Shown here: piece after piece, positions 10,546 through 20,293 of the stretch | How positions within the stretch are numbered: the stretch's first letter is position 1 | How the letters are laid out: every line of letters starts with the position of its first letter | Origin: Desulfobulbaceae bacterium | GTDB lineage: Bacteria > Desulfobacterota > Desulfobulbia > Desulfobulbales > SURF-16 | Assembly: GCA_024637145.1 (NCBI GenBank) | Contig: JAGXFQ010000040.1 | Span: forward strand, 37,948 to 101,947 | Length of the DNA: 64,000 bases | Direction of reading: 5' to 3' | Notes under the pieces: model-generated | Told to the model about the DNA's origin: nothing | What the model saw: only the letters and a program-made list of their open reading frames with translations | Databases searched by the model: none | Position numbers and translations under genes: made by a program

Positions 10546-10616
10546 ATTGTACTAATCAGTACAATAAGATAACCTGTCTGGGCCAGGGGTCAAGTTTTTT
10601 GTAACGATCAGTAATA
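10546..10616. promoter_or_regulatory. Two TetR-type operators
   Basis: Palindrome ATTGTACT-AATC-AGTACAAT (10546-10565) and degenerate copy TTGTAACGATCAGTAATA (10599-10616) between the divergent cytochrome and tetR genes. Confidence 0.7.
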
Positions 10617-10638
10617 AAAAAGAGGGGCGCAGCACTTC

Positions 10639-11220
10639 ATGGGTAGAATGAGACAGTTTGACAAGGATAAGGCCCTGGCCGCGGCCATGTATCTTTTCTG
10701 GGCCCGGGGCTACAGCGCCACCTCCATCCAGGATCTGGAGCAGGCCACCGGCCTCAAGCGCTCCAGTATCTACAACACCTTCGGCAATAAGCGCAGCATC
10801 TTTCAAAAATGCCTGGCCCTCTACCGCCTCCAGGTGGAAGAGCTGCTGACGACCATTATGGCCGCGGCCCCCACCTGTCGGGAGGCCCTGGCCCGTTGGC
10901 TCAGCGCCGTCATCGCCATGCATTTCAGCGAGCAGACCCCGGGGGGCTGCCTGATGGTCCTCTCGGTGCTGGAGGGCGGCCAGCACGATGAGCAGACCCG
11001 GGAGATGGCGGCGGCCCTCTTTCATCAGGAGCGGGACATGGTCCAGGCCCGCCTGCAGAGAGGTGTTGCCCAGGGGGAGCTCCCCCCTGATTTTGATTGC
11101 CGGGCCGGGGCCGGGGCCATAGCCGCGGCCAGCTCCGGCATCATGGTTCTGGCCATGGCCAATTACCCGCGAGAGGCCCTGGAGGAGATCAGCCACGCCA
11201 CCCTGGCCCTGCTCGGCTAG
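10639..11220 (+). CDS. TetR/AcrR family regulator (NemR/ComR-like)
   Basis: MGRMRQFD..FWARGYSATSIQDL..GLKRSSIYNTFGNK HTH; GCLMV motif. Confidence 0.93.
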   Translation: MGRMRQFDKDKALAAAMYLFWARGYSATSIQDLEQATGLKRSSIYNTFGNKRSIFQKCLALYRLQVEELLTTIMAAAPTCREALARWLSAVIAMHFSEQTPGGCLMVLSVLEGGQHDEQTREMAAALFHQERDMVQARLQRGVAQGELPPDFDCRAGAGAIAAASSGIMVLAMANYPREALEEISHATLALLG

Positions 11221-11417
11221 TGCAGTGTATCACTTAAAGTTTCGTATATTTATGTAACTCTGTCTTTAACCACAAAGGCATTCTTTTTAATACCCCCTTG
11301 AGGGGTATAAAGACACGAAGAGCTTCTTGTTGTTATGTTTTTTCTTTGTGCCTTCGTGTCTTTGTGGTTCGAATACAATAACGAAATTCTACACGTACAT
11401 TTAAGTTTTACGGAGTA
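11221..11417. mobile_element. MITE family A, copy 1 (197 bp, CTAG duplication)
   Basis: Near-identical reverse-complement copies at 58225-58421 and 46784-46952; CTAG at 11217-20 and 11418-21; imperfect terminal inverted repeats TGCAGTGTATCACTTAAA / TACTCCGTAAAACTTAAA. Confidence 0.85.
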
Positions 11418-11594
11418 CTAGGATGCAGCAGCGCTTGCTTATGGCTGATGGACTCGTAAAAAGTCTATGATGACAGGGCGGAAATCCCCCTTTTTCAGGC
11501 CACAATAGAGTATGGTAGCCGGTCTGCAGCAAGAAGGAAGGCCAAGGCGGCTAGCCCCAGCTTTTTTTTCAACCCTTTTCCGCGGAGTCAGCAT

Positions 11595-12044
11595 ATGACC
11601 CTTTCACCGCAGCTTATCTGGTTTCTGCTGGGCGTGGCCTTTCTGGTGGGCGAGATGGCCCTGCCCGGCTTTATCCTCATCTTTTTTACGGTGGGCTGCT
11701 GGATTGCCGCCATCATTACCTGGGGGACAAACATCACTGTCACCGGCCAGGTCCTCGTCTTTGTGGCCATCTCCCTTGTTTCGCTCTTCAGCCTGCGCAA
11801 ATATAGCCTCAAGACCTTCAAGGGCTCCATCCGCCATGATGAAGATGATGGCGGTATGGAGTCGAAAATAGGCAAGACCGCCCAGGTGACCCAGGCCATA
11901 ACCCCCCATCTACCCGGCGAGATCAAGATGGGAGGTACTTTCTGGCGGGCCGTGGCTGATGAGGAAATCGCCAAAGAACAGAGTGTCATTATTGTGAGCC
12001 AGACCGCAGACGAGGGGCTCACCTTCAAAGTAAAACCCTTATAA
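11595..12044 (+). CDS. NfeD-like membrane protein (C-terminal OB fold)
   Basis: Three TM helices then IGKTAQV..GEIKMGGTFWRA; directly upstream of an SPFH gene. Confidence 0.9.
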   Translation: MTLSPQLIWFLLGVAFLVGEMALPGFILIFFTVGCWIAAIITWGTNITVTGQVLVFVAISLVSLFSLRKYSLKTFKGSIRHDEDDGGMESKIGKTAQVTQAITPHLPGEIKMGGTFWRAVADEEIAKEQSVIIVSQTADEGLTFKVKPL

Positions 12045-12065
12045 AAAGAGGGCAAAGGAGAAAAA

Positions 12066-13007
12066 ATGGGTGAATCATTAGTCGTGGTCGCTATCATCGC
12101 GGCCATTATCATTGTCTTATTGATCAAAACCGCCATTATCGTGCCCCAGCGCTCCGAGTTTATTGTGGAGCGGGTCGGCAAATACAGCCAGACCCTCAGT
12201 GCCGGCTTTCACATCCTGATCCCTTTTCTGGACAAGGTCGCCTACCGCCGCTCCCTTAAGGAACAGGTGGTGGATATCCCTTCCCAGGACTGTATTACCA
12301 CCGATAATGTCTCGGTCTCGGTGGATGGTTTACTCTACCTGCAAGTCATGGACAGCAAGCGGTCGGCCTATGGCATTGACGACTACCATTTCGCCGCCAG
12401 CCAGCTGGCCCAGACCTCCCTGCGTTCGGTGATCGGTAAGATTGAACTTGACCGCACCTTCGAGGAGCGGGAGCGCCTGAACCAGCAGGTGGTGGCTGCC
12501 ATTGACGAGGCGGCCCAGAACTGGGGAATCAAGGTGCTCCGTTATGAGATCAAGGACATTACGCCGCCCAAGAGCGTTATGGAGGCCATGGAAAAACAGA
12601 TGAAGGCCGAGCGGGAAAAACGGGCCACCATTGCCACCTCGGAAGGAGACAGGCAGTCGCGCATCAATCGGGCCGAAGGCCTGAAGCGGGAGGCCATTGC
12701 CGTCTCCGAGGGTGAAAAACAAAAGAGGATCAATGAGGCCGAGGGCTATGCCCGGGAGATTGAACTCATTGCCGAGGCCACTGCCGAGGGGATCAGGAAG
12801 ATTGCCGAGACCCTCACCCTGGACGGCGGTGAAACCGCTGCCAATCTGCGGGTGGCCGAGAAGTATATCGGAGAATTCGGCAAGCTGGCCAAAGAGACCA
12901 ATACCATGATCATCCCCGCCAACCTGGGCGATGTCGCCGGCATGGTGGCCACGGCCATGTCCGTCCTCGGTCAGGGCAAACAGGGGGAGAAACCCCGGCA
13001 GCTTTAA
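12066..13007 (+). CDS. SPFH/stomatin-like protein (QmcA/paraslipin)
   Basis: IVERVGKY, CITTDNV, LAQTSLRSVIG, AEREKRA, SEG..INRAEG. Confidence 0.95.
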   Translation: MGESLVVVAIIAAIIIVLLIKTAIIVPQRSEFIVERVGKYSQTLSAGFHILIPFLDKVAYRRSLKEQVVDIPSQDCITTDNVSVSVDGLLYLQVMDSKRSAYGIDDYHFAASQLAQTSLRSVIGKIELDRTFEERERLNQQVVAAIDEAAQNWGIKVLRYEIKDITPPKSVMEAMEKQMKAEREKRATIATSEGDRQSRINRAEGLKREAIAVSEGEKQKRINEAEGYAREIELIAEATAEGIRKIAETLTLDGGETAANLRVAEKYIGEFGKLAKETNTMIIPANLGDVAGMVATAMSVLGQGKQGEKPRQL

Positions 13008-13042
13008 GTGAGCGGTGGTCAGGGGTCACCGGGTGACCGGCA

Positions 13043-13076
13043 AGGGAGGGGCAGGGTTGTCGCCTCCCTTTTTTTA
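13043..13076. terminator. Intrinsic terminator after the SPFH operon
   Basis: AGGGAGGGGC..CGCCTCCCT followed by a T run. Confidence 0.55.
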
Positions 13077-13125
13077 TCTTTTTTTTGGAAGAACCCTGCG
13101 GTCAGCAAGGGCACCAGCAGCTGGT

Positions 13126-13728
13126 TCAGGGCGTGATGGCTGGTTTTTGGCGCTGCTGCTGGTCTGGCCTGGTCTTATGAAAAAAAACAGGGGCCGTGGC
13201 GATGCGGCGATACATGTGTATCTCCTGGCGATGGGGGGCCCAATTAATAAGCAGATTGGCAATGGCATACCAGAGGGAGACCCAGGCCGCCACATTGAGT
13301 CCTTCCGCAAAGACATCGGCAAGGACCGACTCCTGACCGGCATATTGTTGATTGATCCAGACGGAGAGGGAAAGGATGACCACGCCGATGGCAAAGAGGA
13401 TCAGGGAGGAGCGGGCCATGTGGGACAAGGTGCGCAACTCAAGATCAACGAGATAGAGAAAAAAATTGTGGATACTGGTTTTTACCTGCGAGGTCAGGCC
13501 GGGATCCGCGCTGGCGCTGATGTGCAATTGAATGACAAAATCTTTTTTGCCGATTTCCCTTGCTGATTCAATGAGGTAGGCCACCAGATTGGGATCAAGC
13601 TCTTTTTTCCGGTAGGGCGCATATTTGTCGAGATTATTGTAGAGATCCCCGATCTTTTCCGCCGCAATATCGATGATGACCTTTTTGTCTCTGGTGCGGC
13701 CGTAACGATTGAGGATATTTTCTTTCAT
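13126..13728 (-). CDS. Hypothetical membrane protein
   Basis: 200-aa ORF with two C-terminal TM segments. Confidence 0.75.
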   Translation of the reverse strand: MKENILNRYGRTRDKKVIIDIAAEKIGDLYNNLDKYAPYRKKELDPNLVAYLIESAREIGKKDFVIQLHISASADPGLTSQVKTSIHNFFLYLVDLELRTLSHMARSSLILFAIGVVILSLSVWINQQYAGQESVLADVFAEGLNVAAWVSLWYAIANLLINWAPHRQEIHMYRRIATAPVFFHKTRPDQQQRQKPAITP

Positions 13729-13856
13729 GGTCAGGATGCCGCCTTTTTTCAAGGAGTGAAGGCAGAGGGCAAGCATAAGCGGGCCACTTCTGTGCCGCCT
13801 TCAGGATAGCACGCTGCGGCCGCTGATATCCAGCAAAAGCCATTATCTCTAAAGGC

Positions 13857-14360
13857 TTAAGGCTGGCCCTGCTTCCACTGGAAGTCCTCTTTGCCGGCCG
13901 GCTCAGGGCGATATGTGCATTGCAGGCCCTTGAGGAAATGGCGCAGGACCTGATCCTTGCAGTCACGGTAGTGTTTGTGGTCCGGCTTCCGGAAAAAGGC
14001 GCTTAATTCGTGCTTGCTCATGGTCATCCGGGCCAGGTCCAGCAGCGCCAGGATATCTTCATCCTTCAGCTCCAGGGCGATTTTTAATTTTCTGATGATG
14101 ATGTTGTTGGTTAACCGCTTTTCGGGGGGGGGGGACGGCCCTTCTTTTTTGCCTCGTTTATCGGCAATGAGGCCATCAAGGAAGGCGGCCAGTTCCGGGT
14201 CGCTGCATTCCTGAGAGTCAGGGGCATCCTCTTTTTTCAGCCAATTGCTGATCTGGGCCCGGGTTACCGGCTGGCCGGCCAGGGCAAAGAGCGCCATCAT
14301 TTTGGAATCGTCAAGATCAAAGGTGTAACGCAGACGGCGTAAGATATCGTTATTGGTCAC
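13857..14360 (-). CDS. DUF1456 (YehS-like) protein
   Basis: GTG start; TNNDILRRLRY..LTNNIIIRKLKIAL..SKHELSAFFRKPDHKHYRDC.DQVLR.FL.GL. Confidence 0.9.
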   Translation of the reverse strand: MTNNDILRRLRYTFDLDDSKMMALFALAGQPVTRAQISNWLKKEDAPDSQECSDPELAAFLDGLIADKRGKKEGPSPPPEKRLTNNIIIRKLKIALELKDEDILALLDLARMTMSKHELSAFFRKPDHKHYRDCKDQVLRHFLKGLQCTYRPEPAGKEDFQWKQGQP

Positions 14361-14563
14361 GGGTATGTCCGGGGCTGAGCGGCAGCAAAGGTGCGACGAG
14401 GTGCGGCCTGGTAATTTGGGGGCTCTTCTTTGGTCTCTTCTGGCCTTAAGGGCCGCGCCCCCTGCCGGGATGGCAAGCAGGCTTTGCCTCTTCAGGGATA
14501 CTACTTCCCTGCTCTGGCCGGCGTCAACCTCTATGGGCCGGCAAGAGCAGGGCGGGCCACGGT

Positions 14564-15766
14564 TCAGGTGGCGGCTTGGGGGGTGCGGCCTCTGGCCTTG
14601 ATGAGAATGAGGATGGTGAGCACCAGCAGGGTGGAGAAGCCGGCCAGGGTCTGGTAGACGGCACCAAAGCCCCACCCCGCTTTGACCAGGCCCACCATCT
14701 TGACACTGAGCGCCCCCACTCCGAAGGTAAGGATGAACTTGATGCCGTAGGCGGCGCTCAAGAAGTTGGCCGGAGTGAGGCGGGCCACCAGGGTGTTTTC
14801 CAGGGGCTGCATGCCCAGCAGAAAAAAGGCATGGATCATGGCAAAAAAGACCAGCAGGCTGTTGGTGGTGGCGGCCATGAGCAGGGCCATGGGGATGGTG
14901 ATCAGGTGAAAGAGGAGGTAGCCGCTGGTGAGCTTGAACCGTTCCCCCATCACGCCGCCGGCATATTGACCTGCCATGCCCACGAAATAGATGAGGGAGG
15001 TGAAAAGAGTGGCCACCACATTGGCCGAGCCCAGGCCGCCGGTGAGATTGGTCAGCCCCTGGTAGAGGTCGCCGGTCTGCAGCTCAAGATAGGAGGGCAG
15101 GGTGATGGAGGTGGCGCGATAGACAATGCCGCCCAGGGTCATGGCCGCCAGCAGGAGGAGGAAGGCGGGGAGGGAGTTGGCCGTCTCTTTTTTCTTCTGC
15201 GGGGCGGAGGCGGGCGAAGTGGTTTTTATCCGGTGCAGGAGGAGCAGGCCGCTCAGGTTCATCAACCCCACCACCAGATAGACCATGGCGGCGCCCCACA
15301 GGTAGTTGATTGTGCCGGCCAGAAGGGGTGCCGTGGCCAGGCCGAGGTTGCCGAATATGCCGTTATAGGCCATGCCCCGGCTGGTCTGCGCCACCTCGCG
15401 GGCAATCCACCCCAGGCCGGCCGGATGGTAGATCCCGGAAAAAAGACCGATACCGGCCAGGGCCAGCCAGAGCTGCTCTGGATTGTTGATCTGCAAGGCG
15501 GCCCAGAAGGCGCAGAGACCGGCGCCCACATGGAAAAGGGCGAGCAGACGGCGGGGCCCGAAACGGTCGGCCGCCAGGCCCCAGGGCAGGGCGGTAAGGC
15601 CGAAGAGCAGATACATCCAGAAGGAAAGCGCCAGGGTGACGGTCATGGAGAGCCCCAGGGACCCAGCCAGGGGCAGGAGCAGGGCTGGAAAAACCAGCAT
15701 ATTAAAATGGCTCATGAAATGACCAAAGCAGGTCACGCCGAGGATGGAGCGTTCATGGGGATTCAT
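14564..15766 (-). CDS. MFS transporter
   Basis: About 12 TM segments; motif A GLAADRFGPRR; GIYHPAG. Confidence 0.92.
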   Translation of the reverse strand: MNPHERSILGVTCFGHFMSHFNMLVFPALLLPLAGSLGLSMTVTLALSFWMYLLFGLTALPWGLAADRFGPRRLLALFHVGAGLCAFWAALQINNPEQLWLALAGIGLFSGIYHPAGLGWIAREVAQTSRGMAYNGIFGNLGLATAPLLAGTINYLWGAAMVYLVVGLMNLSGLLLLHRIKTTSPASAPQKKKETANSLPAFLLLLAAMTLGGIVYRATSITLPSYLELQTGDLYQGLTNLTGGLGSANVVATLFTSLIYFVGMAGQYAGGVMGERFKLTSGYLLFHLITIPMALLMAATTNSLLVFFAMIHAFFLLGMQPLENTLVARLTPANFLSAAYGIKFILTFGVGALSVKMVGLVKAGWGFGAVYQTLAGFSTLLVLTILILIKARGRTPQAAT

Positions 15767-15908
15767 GGTTCCTCAGATAACGGCAAACGCCCTGGTTGTC
15801 CATGATTTTCTTGATGACCCGGGGGGCGGAACCTGGCATAATAATGGGTCGTTTCGAGGGGATTCTCAAGGTTTCCCTTAAATATCATCTTGTTCATTGT
15901 TGCTGCCC

Positions 15909-17018
15909 ATGATTGTCTCTGCTGCCCCTAAAACAGATCTGAAAAATCTCACCCTGCCCCAGCTCGCCGATTTTCTGGCCAGCCTGGGTCTCCCTCCGGG
16001 TCGGGCCCGGCATGTCATGGCCTGGCTCATGCGGCCCGGCAACCATGATCTCAGCGCCATGGCAACAGTCAAAAAAGAGATCCGAGATCGCCTCCGGGAA
16101 CAGGCCCGGATCTCCAGCCTGACGCCGGTCAAGGTGGAGGTCTCTGCCGATAATACCCGCAAGTATCTCTTTGTCCTGGAGGATGGCGCCCAGATTGAAA
16201 GTGTGCTCATCCCCGAAGGAGAGCGCCACACCCTCTGCCTCTCGTCCCAGGTGGGCTGTGCCATGGCCTGTGCCTTCTGCCTCACCGGCCGCCTGGGGCT
16301 GACACGAAACCTTTTGCCGGCTGAGATTGTCAATCAGGTACTGGCCGTTATCGAGGATATGGTGGCCAGGGGCATCAGCCGGGGCACCCATCGCGAGTTC
16401 ATCAATAACCTGGTTTTCATGGGTATGGGCGAGCCCCTGGCCAATTATGACAACCTGATCACGGCGCTGACCATCCTTATGGCCGAGGAGGGGTTGGGCC
16501 TCACCAGGCGGCGGATCACGGTCTCCACCTGCGGCCTGGTGCCGAGGATTGCCGATCTGGGTCGGACAGGTCTGGTCAACCTGGCCATTTCCCTCCATGC
16601 CGTGGATGATGCGATCCGCAGCCAGCTTATGCCGGTGAACAGAAGCTATGGGGTGGAGCGGCTGCTGGCCGCCTGTCGCGACTATCCCCTGGCCAAGAAG
16701 GGCGTTATTTTGGTTGAGTATATTCTGTTGCGGGATGTTAATGATACGCCGGAGCAGGCCCGCGCCCTGGCCGCCAGGCTCACCGGCCTTTCCTGCCGGA
16801 TCAATCTGTTGCCCTATAACGAATGTGCAGAGCTGCCCTATGGCCGCCCCGCTGAGGAGACGATCCTGGCCTTTCAGAAGGTGCTGCGGGATGCCGGCTA
16901 CAACACCCTGATCCGCCAGAGCCGGGGCAGCGATATCTCGGCCGCCTGCGGACAACTGGCCGGCCGGCATGATCTGGCTGACCAGCGGCTTGCCGCAGAA
17001 AGGGTGACCCCAAATTAA
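15909..17018 (+). CDS. rlmN: 23S rRNA (adenine2503-C2)-methyltransferase RlmN
   Basis: CLSSQVGCAMACAFCLTG radical-SAM motif, FMGMGEPL, DISAACGQL. Confidence 0.96.
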   Translation: MIVSAAPKTDLKNLTLPQLADFLASLGLPPGRARHVMAWLMRPGNHDLSAMATVKKEIRDRLREQARISSLTPVKVEVSADNTRKYLFVLEDGAQIESVLIPEGERHTLCLSSQVGCAMACAFCLTGRLGLTRNLLPAEIVNQVLAVIEDMVARGISRGTHREFINNLVFMGMGEPLANYDNLITALTILMAEEGLGLTRRRITVSTCGLVPRIADLGRTGLVNLAISLHAVDDAIRSQLMPVNRSYGVERLLAACRDYPLAKKGVILVEYILLRDVNDTPEQARALAARLTGLSCRINLLPYNECAELPYGRPAEETILAFQKVLRDAGYNTLIRQSRGSDISAACGQLAGRHDLADQRLAAERVTPN

Positions 17019-17041
17019 GAGACCAGAAGAAGGAGAAACAA

Positions 17042-17740
17042 ATGGCTGAAAAGAAGAAATTCTACGCCATTGCCGTCGGCCGCAAGCCGGGCATCTATAC
17101 CAGCTGGCCCGAGGCCCAGGCCCAGGTCATGACCTTTGCCGGGGCCAGATACAAGGGCTTTGCCACCAGGGCTGAGGCCGAGGCCTGGATCAAAAATCCC
17201 GTCTACCCGGGCCCGGCGCTGAAGGCCAAGGGCAGTGGCAAGACAAGGCCGGCCCCGGCCAAAGCGGCCCAGGAAGGGGAGATTGTCATCTATACCGATG
17301 GCGGGGCCCGGTTTAACCCCGGCCCCGGTGGTTTTGGCGTGGTGATGATGGAAAACGGCGAGCGCCGGGAATTTTCCGGGGGCTACCGGTTGACCACCAA
17401 TAACCGCATGGAGCTCATGGGCTGCATCGTGGCCCTGCGCAAGATCAAGGACAAGGGAAAGTCCATCAGCCTCTATTCCGATTCCCAGTATGTGGTGCAG
17501 GGTATCACCAAGGGCTGGGCCCGGAACTGGCGGCAAAGGGGCTGGCTCAAGGCGGACAAGCAGCCGGCCGTCAACCCGGACCTCTGGGCCGAGCTTCTGG
17601 AGCTCACCGAGGGGCTGAAAATTGATTTCAGATGGGTAAAGGGCCACGCCGGCAATGAGTTCAATGAGCGCTGCGACGAGCTGGCCGTTTCCTCAGCCGC
17701 CCAGGCCGATCTGCCGGTGGACAGGGGCTACAAAGGTTAA
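17042..17740 (+). CDS. rnhA: Ribonuclease HI with N-terminal hybrid-binding (Cauli_VI) domain
   Basis: KFYAIAVGRKPGIYTSW; YTDG, TTNNRMEL, SDSQY, WVKGHAG..NERCD. Confidence 0.95.
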   Translation: MAEKKKFYAIAVGRKPGIYTSWPEAQAQVMTFAGARYKGFATRAEAEAWIKNPVYPGPALKAKGSGKTRPAPAKAAQEGEIVIYTDGGARFNPGPGGFGVVMMENGERREFSGGYRLTTNNRMELMGCIVALRKIKDKGKSISLYSDSQYVVQGITKGWARNWRQRGWLKADKQPAVNPDLWAELLELTEGLKIDFRWVKGHAGNEFNERCDELAVSSAAQADLPVDRGYKG

Positions 17741-17866
17741 GTCATTGTCAAATAATATGGTCGTATAGGTGGCCAGATGGCATAAGGAGCCGTACAGTAA
17801 GGCAACATAACTGGGCATGTTGTTGCTGAACGGCTCCTAAGTAGAGGGGGCGTGGCCTTTGGAAAA

Positions 17867-18028
17867 TCATTCCTCAGGCTCAAAGGCACCCTTGCCGGCC
17901 CCGCACAGGGGGCAGACCCAGGTCTCAGGCAGGTCATCAAAGGCGGTGCCCGGCGCAATGCCGGCGTTTTCGTCACCAATCTCAGGATCATAGACATAGC
18001 CGCAGACAGTACAGACATATTTTTGCAT
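17867..18028 (-). CDS. Rubredoxin (53 aa; absent from the ORF track)
   Basis: Hand translation [53 protein letters not shown]; RBS AAGGAG. Confidence 0.96.
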   Translation of the reverse strand: MQKYVCTVCGYVYDPEIGDENAGIAPGTAFDDLPETWVCPLCGAGKGAFEPEE

Positions 18029-18097
18029 GGGGTCTCCTTGGCAAAATTGTATGAGGTGTGCTTCTTATGATAGTGGTTCGGAGCGCAAAAGAAAAGA

Positions 18098-18253
18098 TAA
18101 CTGCTCACAGGGCACCGAATCTTCCCGCGAGCAGGCCGGCTTACGTATGACATATACGCTGCGCCTGTCTGCTCGCGAAAATCTCCGGCACCTTGCAAGC
18201 AGTTACAACTCAGGTGGTTATTGTAATTGAGGTGGCCATGGGGTGAGCAGTTA
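18098..18253. repeat. MITE-like intergenic element with 11-bp terminal inverted repeat
   Basis: TAACTGCTCAC .. GTGAGCAGTTA ends; internal hairpin CGCGAGCAGGC..GTCTGCTCGCG; single copy in this window. Confidence 0.55.
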
Positions 18254-18267
18254 CAATAAAAGAGTTC

Positions 18268-18471
18268 TTATTCACTCTCCGGGCTTTCCGTGATCATGCC
18301 CAGGAGATCCTCGCGGAAGGCCTCGTCCTGGATGAGTTTGGTGGCCAGGGCCTTGCAGATCTGGCCGGCCAGCCCCTCTTCCTGGTCAAAGGCAATATCC
18401 ACTTCGATATCCCCCTCGAAGGCGGTGAGGATGACAGCGGCCTGATTTTTCTCCAGTGTGAGTTCAGCCAT
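18268..18471 (-). CDS. Small acidic hypothetical protein
   Basis: 67 aa, strong RBS AAGGAG. Confidence 0.75.
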   Translation of the reverse strand: MAELTLEKNQAAVILTAFEGDIEVDIAFDQEEGLAGQICKALATKLIQDEAFREDLLGMITESPESE

Positions 18472-18520
18472 TTTTCTCCTTGGTCGGTTTTGGTTATTGA
18501 TGCTGGGCGCAGATATAAAA

Positions 18521-18967
18521 TCAGCCCATGCTGGCGGCGGTCACCGAGGCAATGAGGCCGTAACGCGCCAGTTTGCCGCTGAAGGTCAGCAGGGAAAAGC
18601 GAAAAAAGTTGAGACGCAGCGAGCCGCCCACCAGGCAGAGGGGATCGCCGATCACCGGCAGCCAGGAGAGCAGAAGAGACCAGGAACCATATCGTTGGTA
18701 GAGGCGGGTTGCCCTGGCCACCTGGTCAGGCCTGATGCGCAGGATTTTTTCCATAATAAAGGCGGAACCCCAGATGCCTATGGCGTAGGTGGTGCACGCC
18801 CCCAGGAAGTTGCCCAGGGTGGCCACGGCCACCAGATGGCCCACATCATGGGCCTGGAGGATCAGGGCCACCAGCAGCCACTCCGAGCCCAGGGGCAGGA
18901 TGGTGGCGGCCATAAAGCTGATCAAAAAAAGGGCGGGAAGAGCGTTCTGGAGGAGAAAATCCGGCAT
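18521..18967 (-). CDS. YqaA/DedA (VTT domain) membrane protein
   Basis: SFMAATILPLGSE..GNFLG..LLSWLPVIGDPL..GKLARY. Confidence 0.92.
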   Translation of the reverse strand: MPDFLLQNALPALFLISFMAATILPLGSEWLLVALILQAHDVGHLVAVATLGNFLGACTTYAIGIWGSAFIMEKILRIRPDQVARATRLYQRYGSWSLLLSWLPVIGDPLCLVGGSLRLNFFRFSLLTFSGKLARYGLIASVTAASMG

Positions 18968-19125
18968 GGTTTTCCAGGGGGGCAAAGGGGAAAGTTGGCC
19001 CTGTTAGGAGCGCTCTGATAATTTTTTTGTTAAAATGGGCGACAATGATTAGTATATATAATGAATTAAGCGCTATTTTTCACGCCTGTTTTTAGGGGTT
19101 GATCTTTCTTAAGGAGGGGTGCACC

Positions 19126-19524
19126 ATGGTTTCAGGAATCAACACGTCACTCTCTGCCCTTACCTCTCTGGCCACCAAGGTGCAGTCCACGGCCAATAAT
19201 GTCGCCAATGTGAACACCGAGGGCTACCAGGCCAGCCGCGTCACCCTGCAGGATGTCGCCAGCCAGGAGATTGCCACGGCCGCCGGCGCCAGTCAGGTGG
19301 GGCGGGGGGTTGCCGTGACTTCCGTGGAGCGCCCCACCTCTCCGGAGGTCCCTGGAAGCAGCGCTTCCCCGGGGTCTGCTCCTGATTTTGTGGAGAATTC
19401 CAATGTTGATCTGGCCAAGGAGTTCACCACCATGATGATTTCCAAGACCAGCTATAGGGCCAATATCAAGATGATCCAGGCCGGGGACGAGATGATCGGC
19501 AACCTGCTCGATATCAAGACCTGA
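19126..19524 (+). CDS. Short flagellar basal-body rod/hook-like protein (Flg_bb_rod + Flg_bbr_C only)
   Basis: ANNVANVNTEGY and SNVDLAKE..Y.AN.KMI..DEMIG.LLDI motifs. Confidence 0.85.
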   Translation: MVSGINTSLSALTSLATKVQSTANNVANVNTEGYQASRVTLQDVASQEIATAAGASQVGRGVAVTSVERPTSPEVPGSSASPGSAPDFVENSNVDLAKEFTTMMISKTSYRANIKMIQAGDEMIGNLLDIKT

Positions 19525-19547
19525 TCGCTTTTTGTCTGTTGCAATAC

Positions 19548-19589
19548 AAAAAGGCGGCAGAGGCCTCAAGGCGTCTGCCGCCTTTTTTT
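19548..19589. terminator. Bidirectional intrinsic terminator
   Basis: AAAAAGGCGGCAGA..TCTGCCGCCTTTTTTT between convergent genes. Confidence 0.7.
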
Positions 19590-19717
19590 GTGTTGATACC
19601 GGCCTGACCCCGGAGGTACTTTTTCCTTTACTCCGGCGGGAGGCAGAGAGAAAAAAGAGGTAAGGCGTCTTGAGACCTTTCTCGCGCTCTCTAGAGTGGC
19701 CTGAAGCGGGGCATCTG

Positions 19718-20293
19718 CTATTCTTTGCTCTCAATCTCGATTTTCTTGACCTGGGAGGTGGGAACGGCCTGGCGGGGAATGGTCAGGTTGAGGACGCCCT
19801 TTTTGAAAGAGGCCTTGATCTTGTCTTTTTCGGCATCCTCCGGCAGAGAGAGAACACGCTGAAAGGAACCGTAGCAGCGCTCCTCCCGATAAAAATTTTT
19901 CTCCTGTTCTTTTGTTTCCTGCTTTTTCTCGCCGCTGATGATCAGGTTGTTGCCGCTTACCTCGACCTTGACATCCTTGTCATCAACACCCGGCACCTCC
20001 ACCGTGATGGCATATTCTTTTTCTGAGGAGCTGATGTCCAGGCTGGGTTTGATCAGACCCTCCGGCAGACCCGGGATCCGCAGAGAGGGCAAGGGGCTGA
20101 GGCCGGCAAAGGGCGGGGAAAAGCCGCGGAAGAAATTGTTGAACATCCGGTCAATCTCGCTTTGCAGCTGCTGTAAGGGTTGCAAGGGCAGGCCCGGCAG
20201 GTGTTGCGCATGGTGCTGGACCGGGATGGTCTTACTCCTCTCCCCCTCTTCTTCGGCAAACCAGTTCCAGGGCACCATCTTTTTGAAATCCAT
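19718..20293 (-). CDS. Hsp20/alpha-crystallin small heat-shock protein
   Basis: PSLDI..VEVPGV..ISGEKK..ERCYGSFQRVLSLP..ASFKKGVL. Confidence 0.95.
   Translation of the reverse strand: MDFKKMVPWNWFAEEEGERSKTIPVQHHAQHLPGLPLQPLQQLQSEIDRMFNNFFRGFSPPFAGLSPLPSLRIPGLPEGLIKPSLDISSSEKEYAITVEVPGVDDKDVKVEVSGNNLIISGEKKQETKEQEKNFYREERCYGSFQRVLSLPEDAEKDKIKASFKKGVLNLTIPRQAVPTSQVKKIEIESKE

Noticed and set aside
11446-11465. TGATGGACTCGTAAAAAGTC, resembling one end of a repeat seen in related bacteria
   Set aside because: No partner inverted end or second copy in the window
14576-16970. 409-aa and 358-aa ORFs opposite the MFS gene and rlmN
   Set aside because: Shadow frames of well-supported genes
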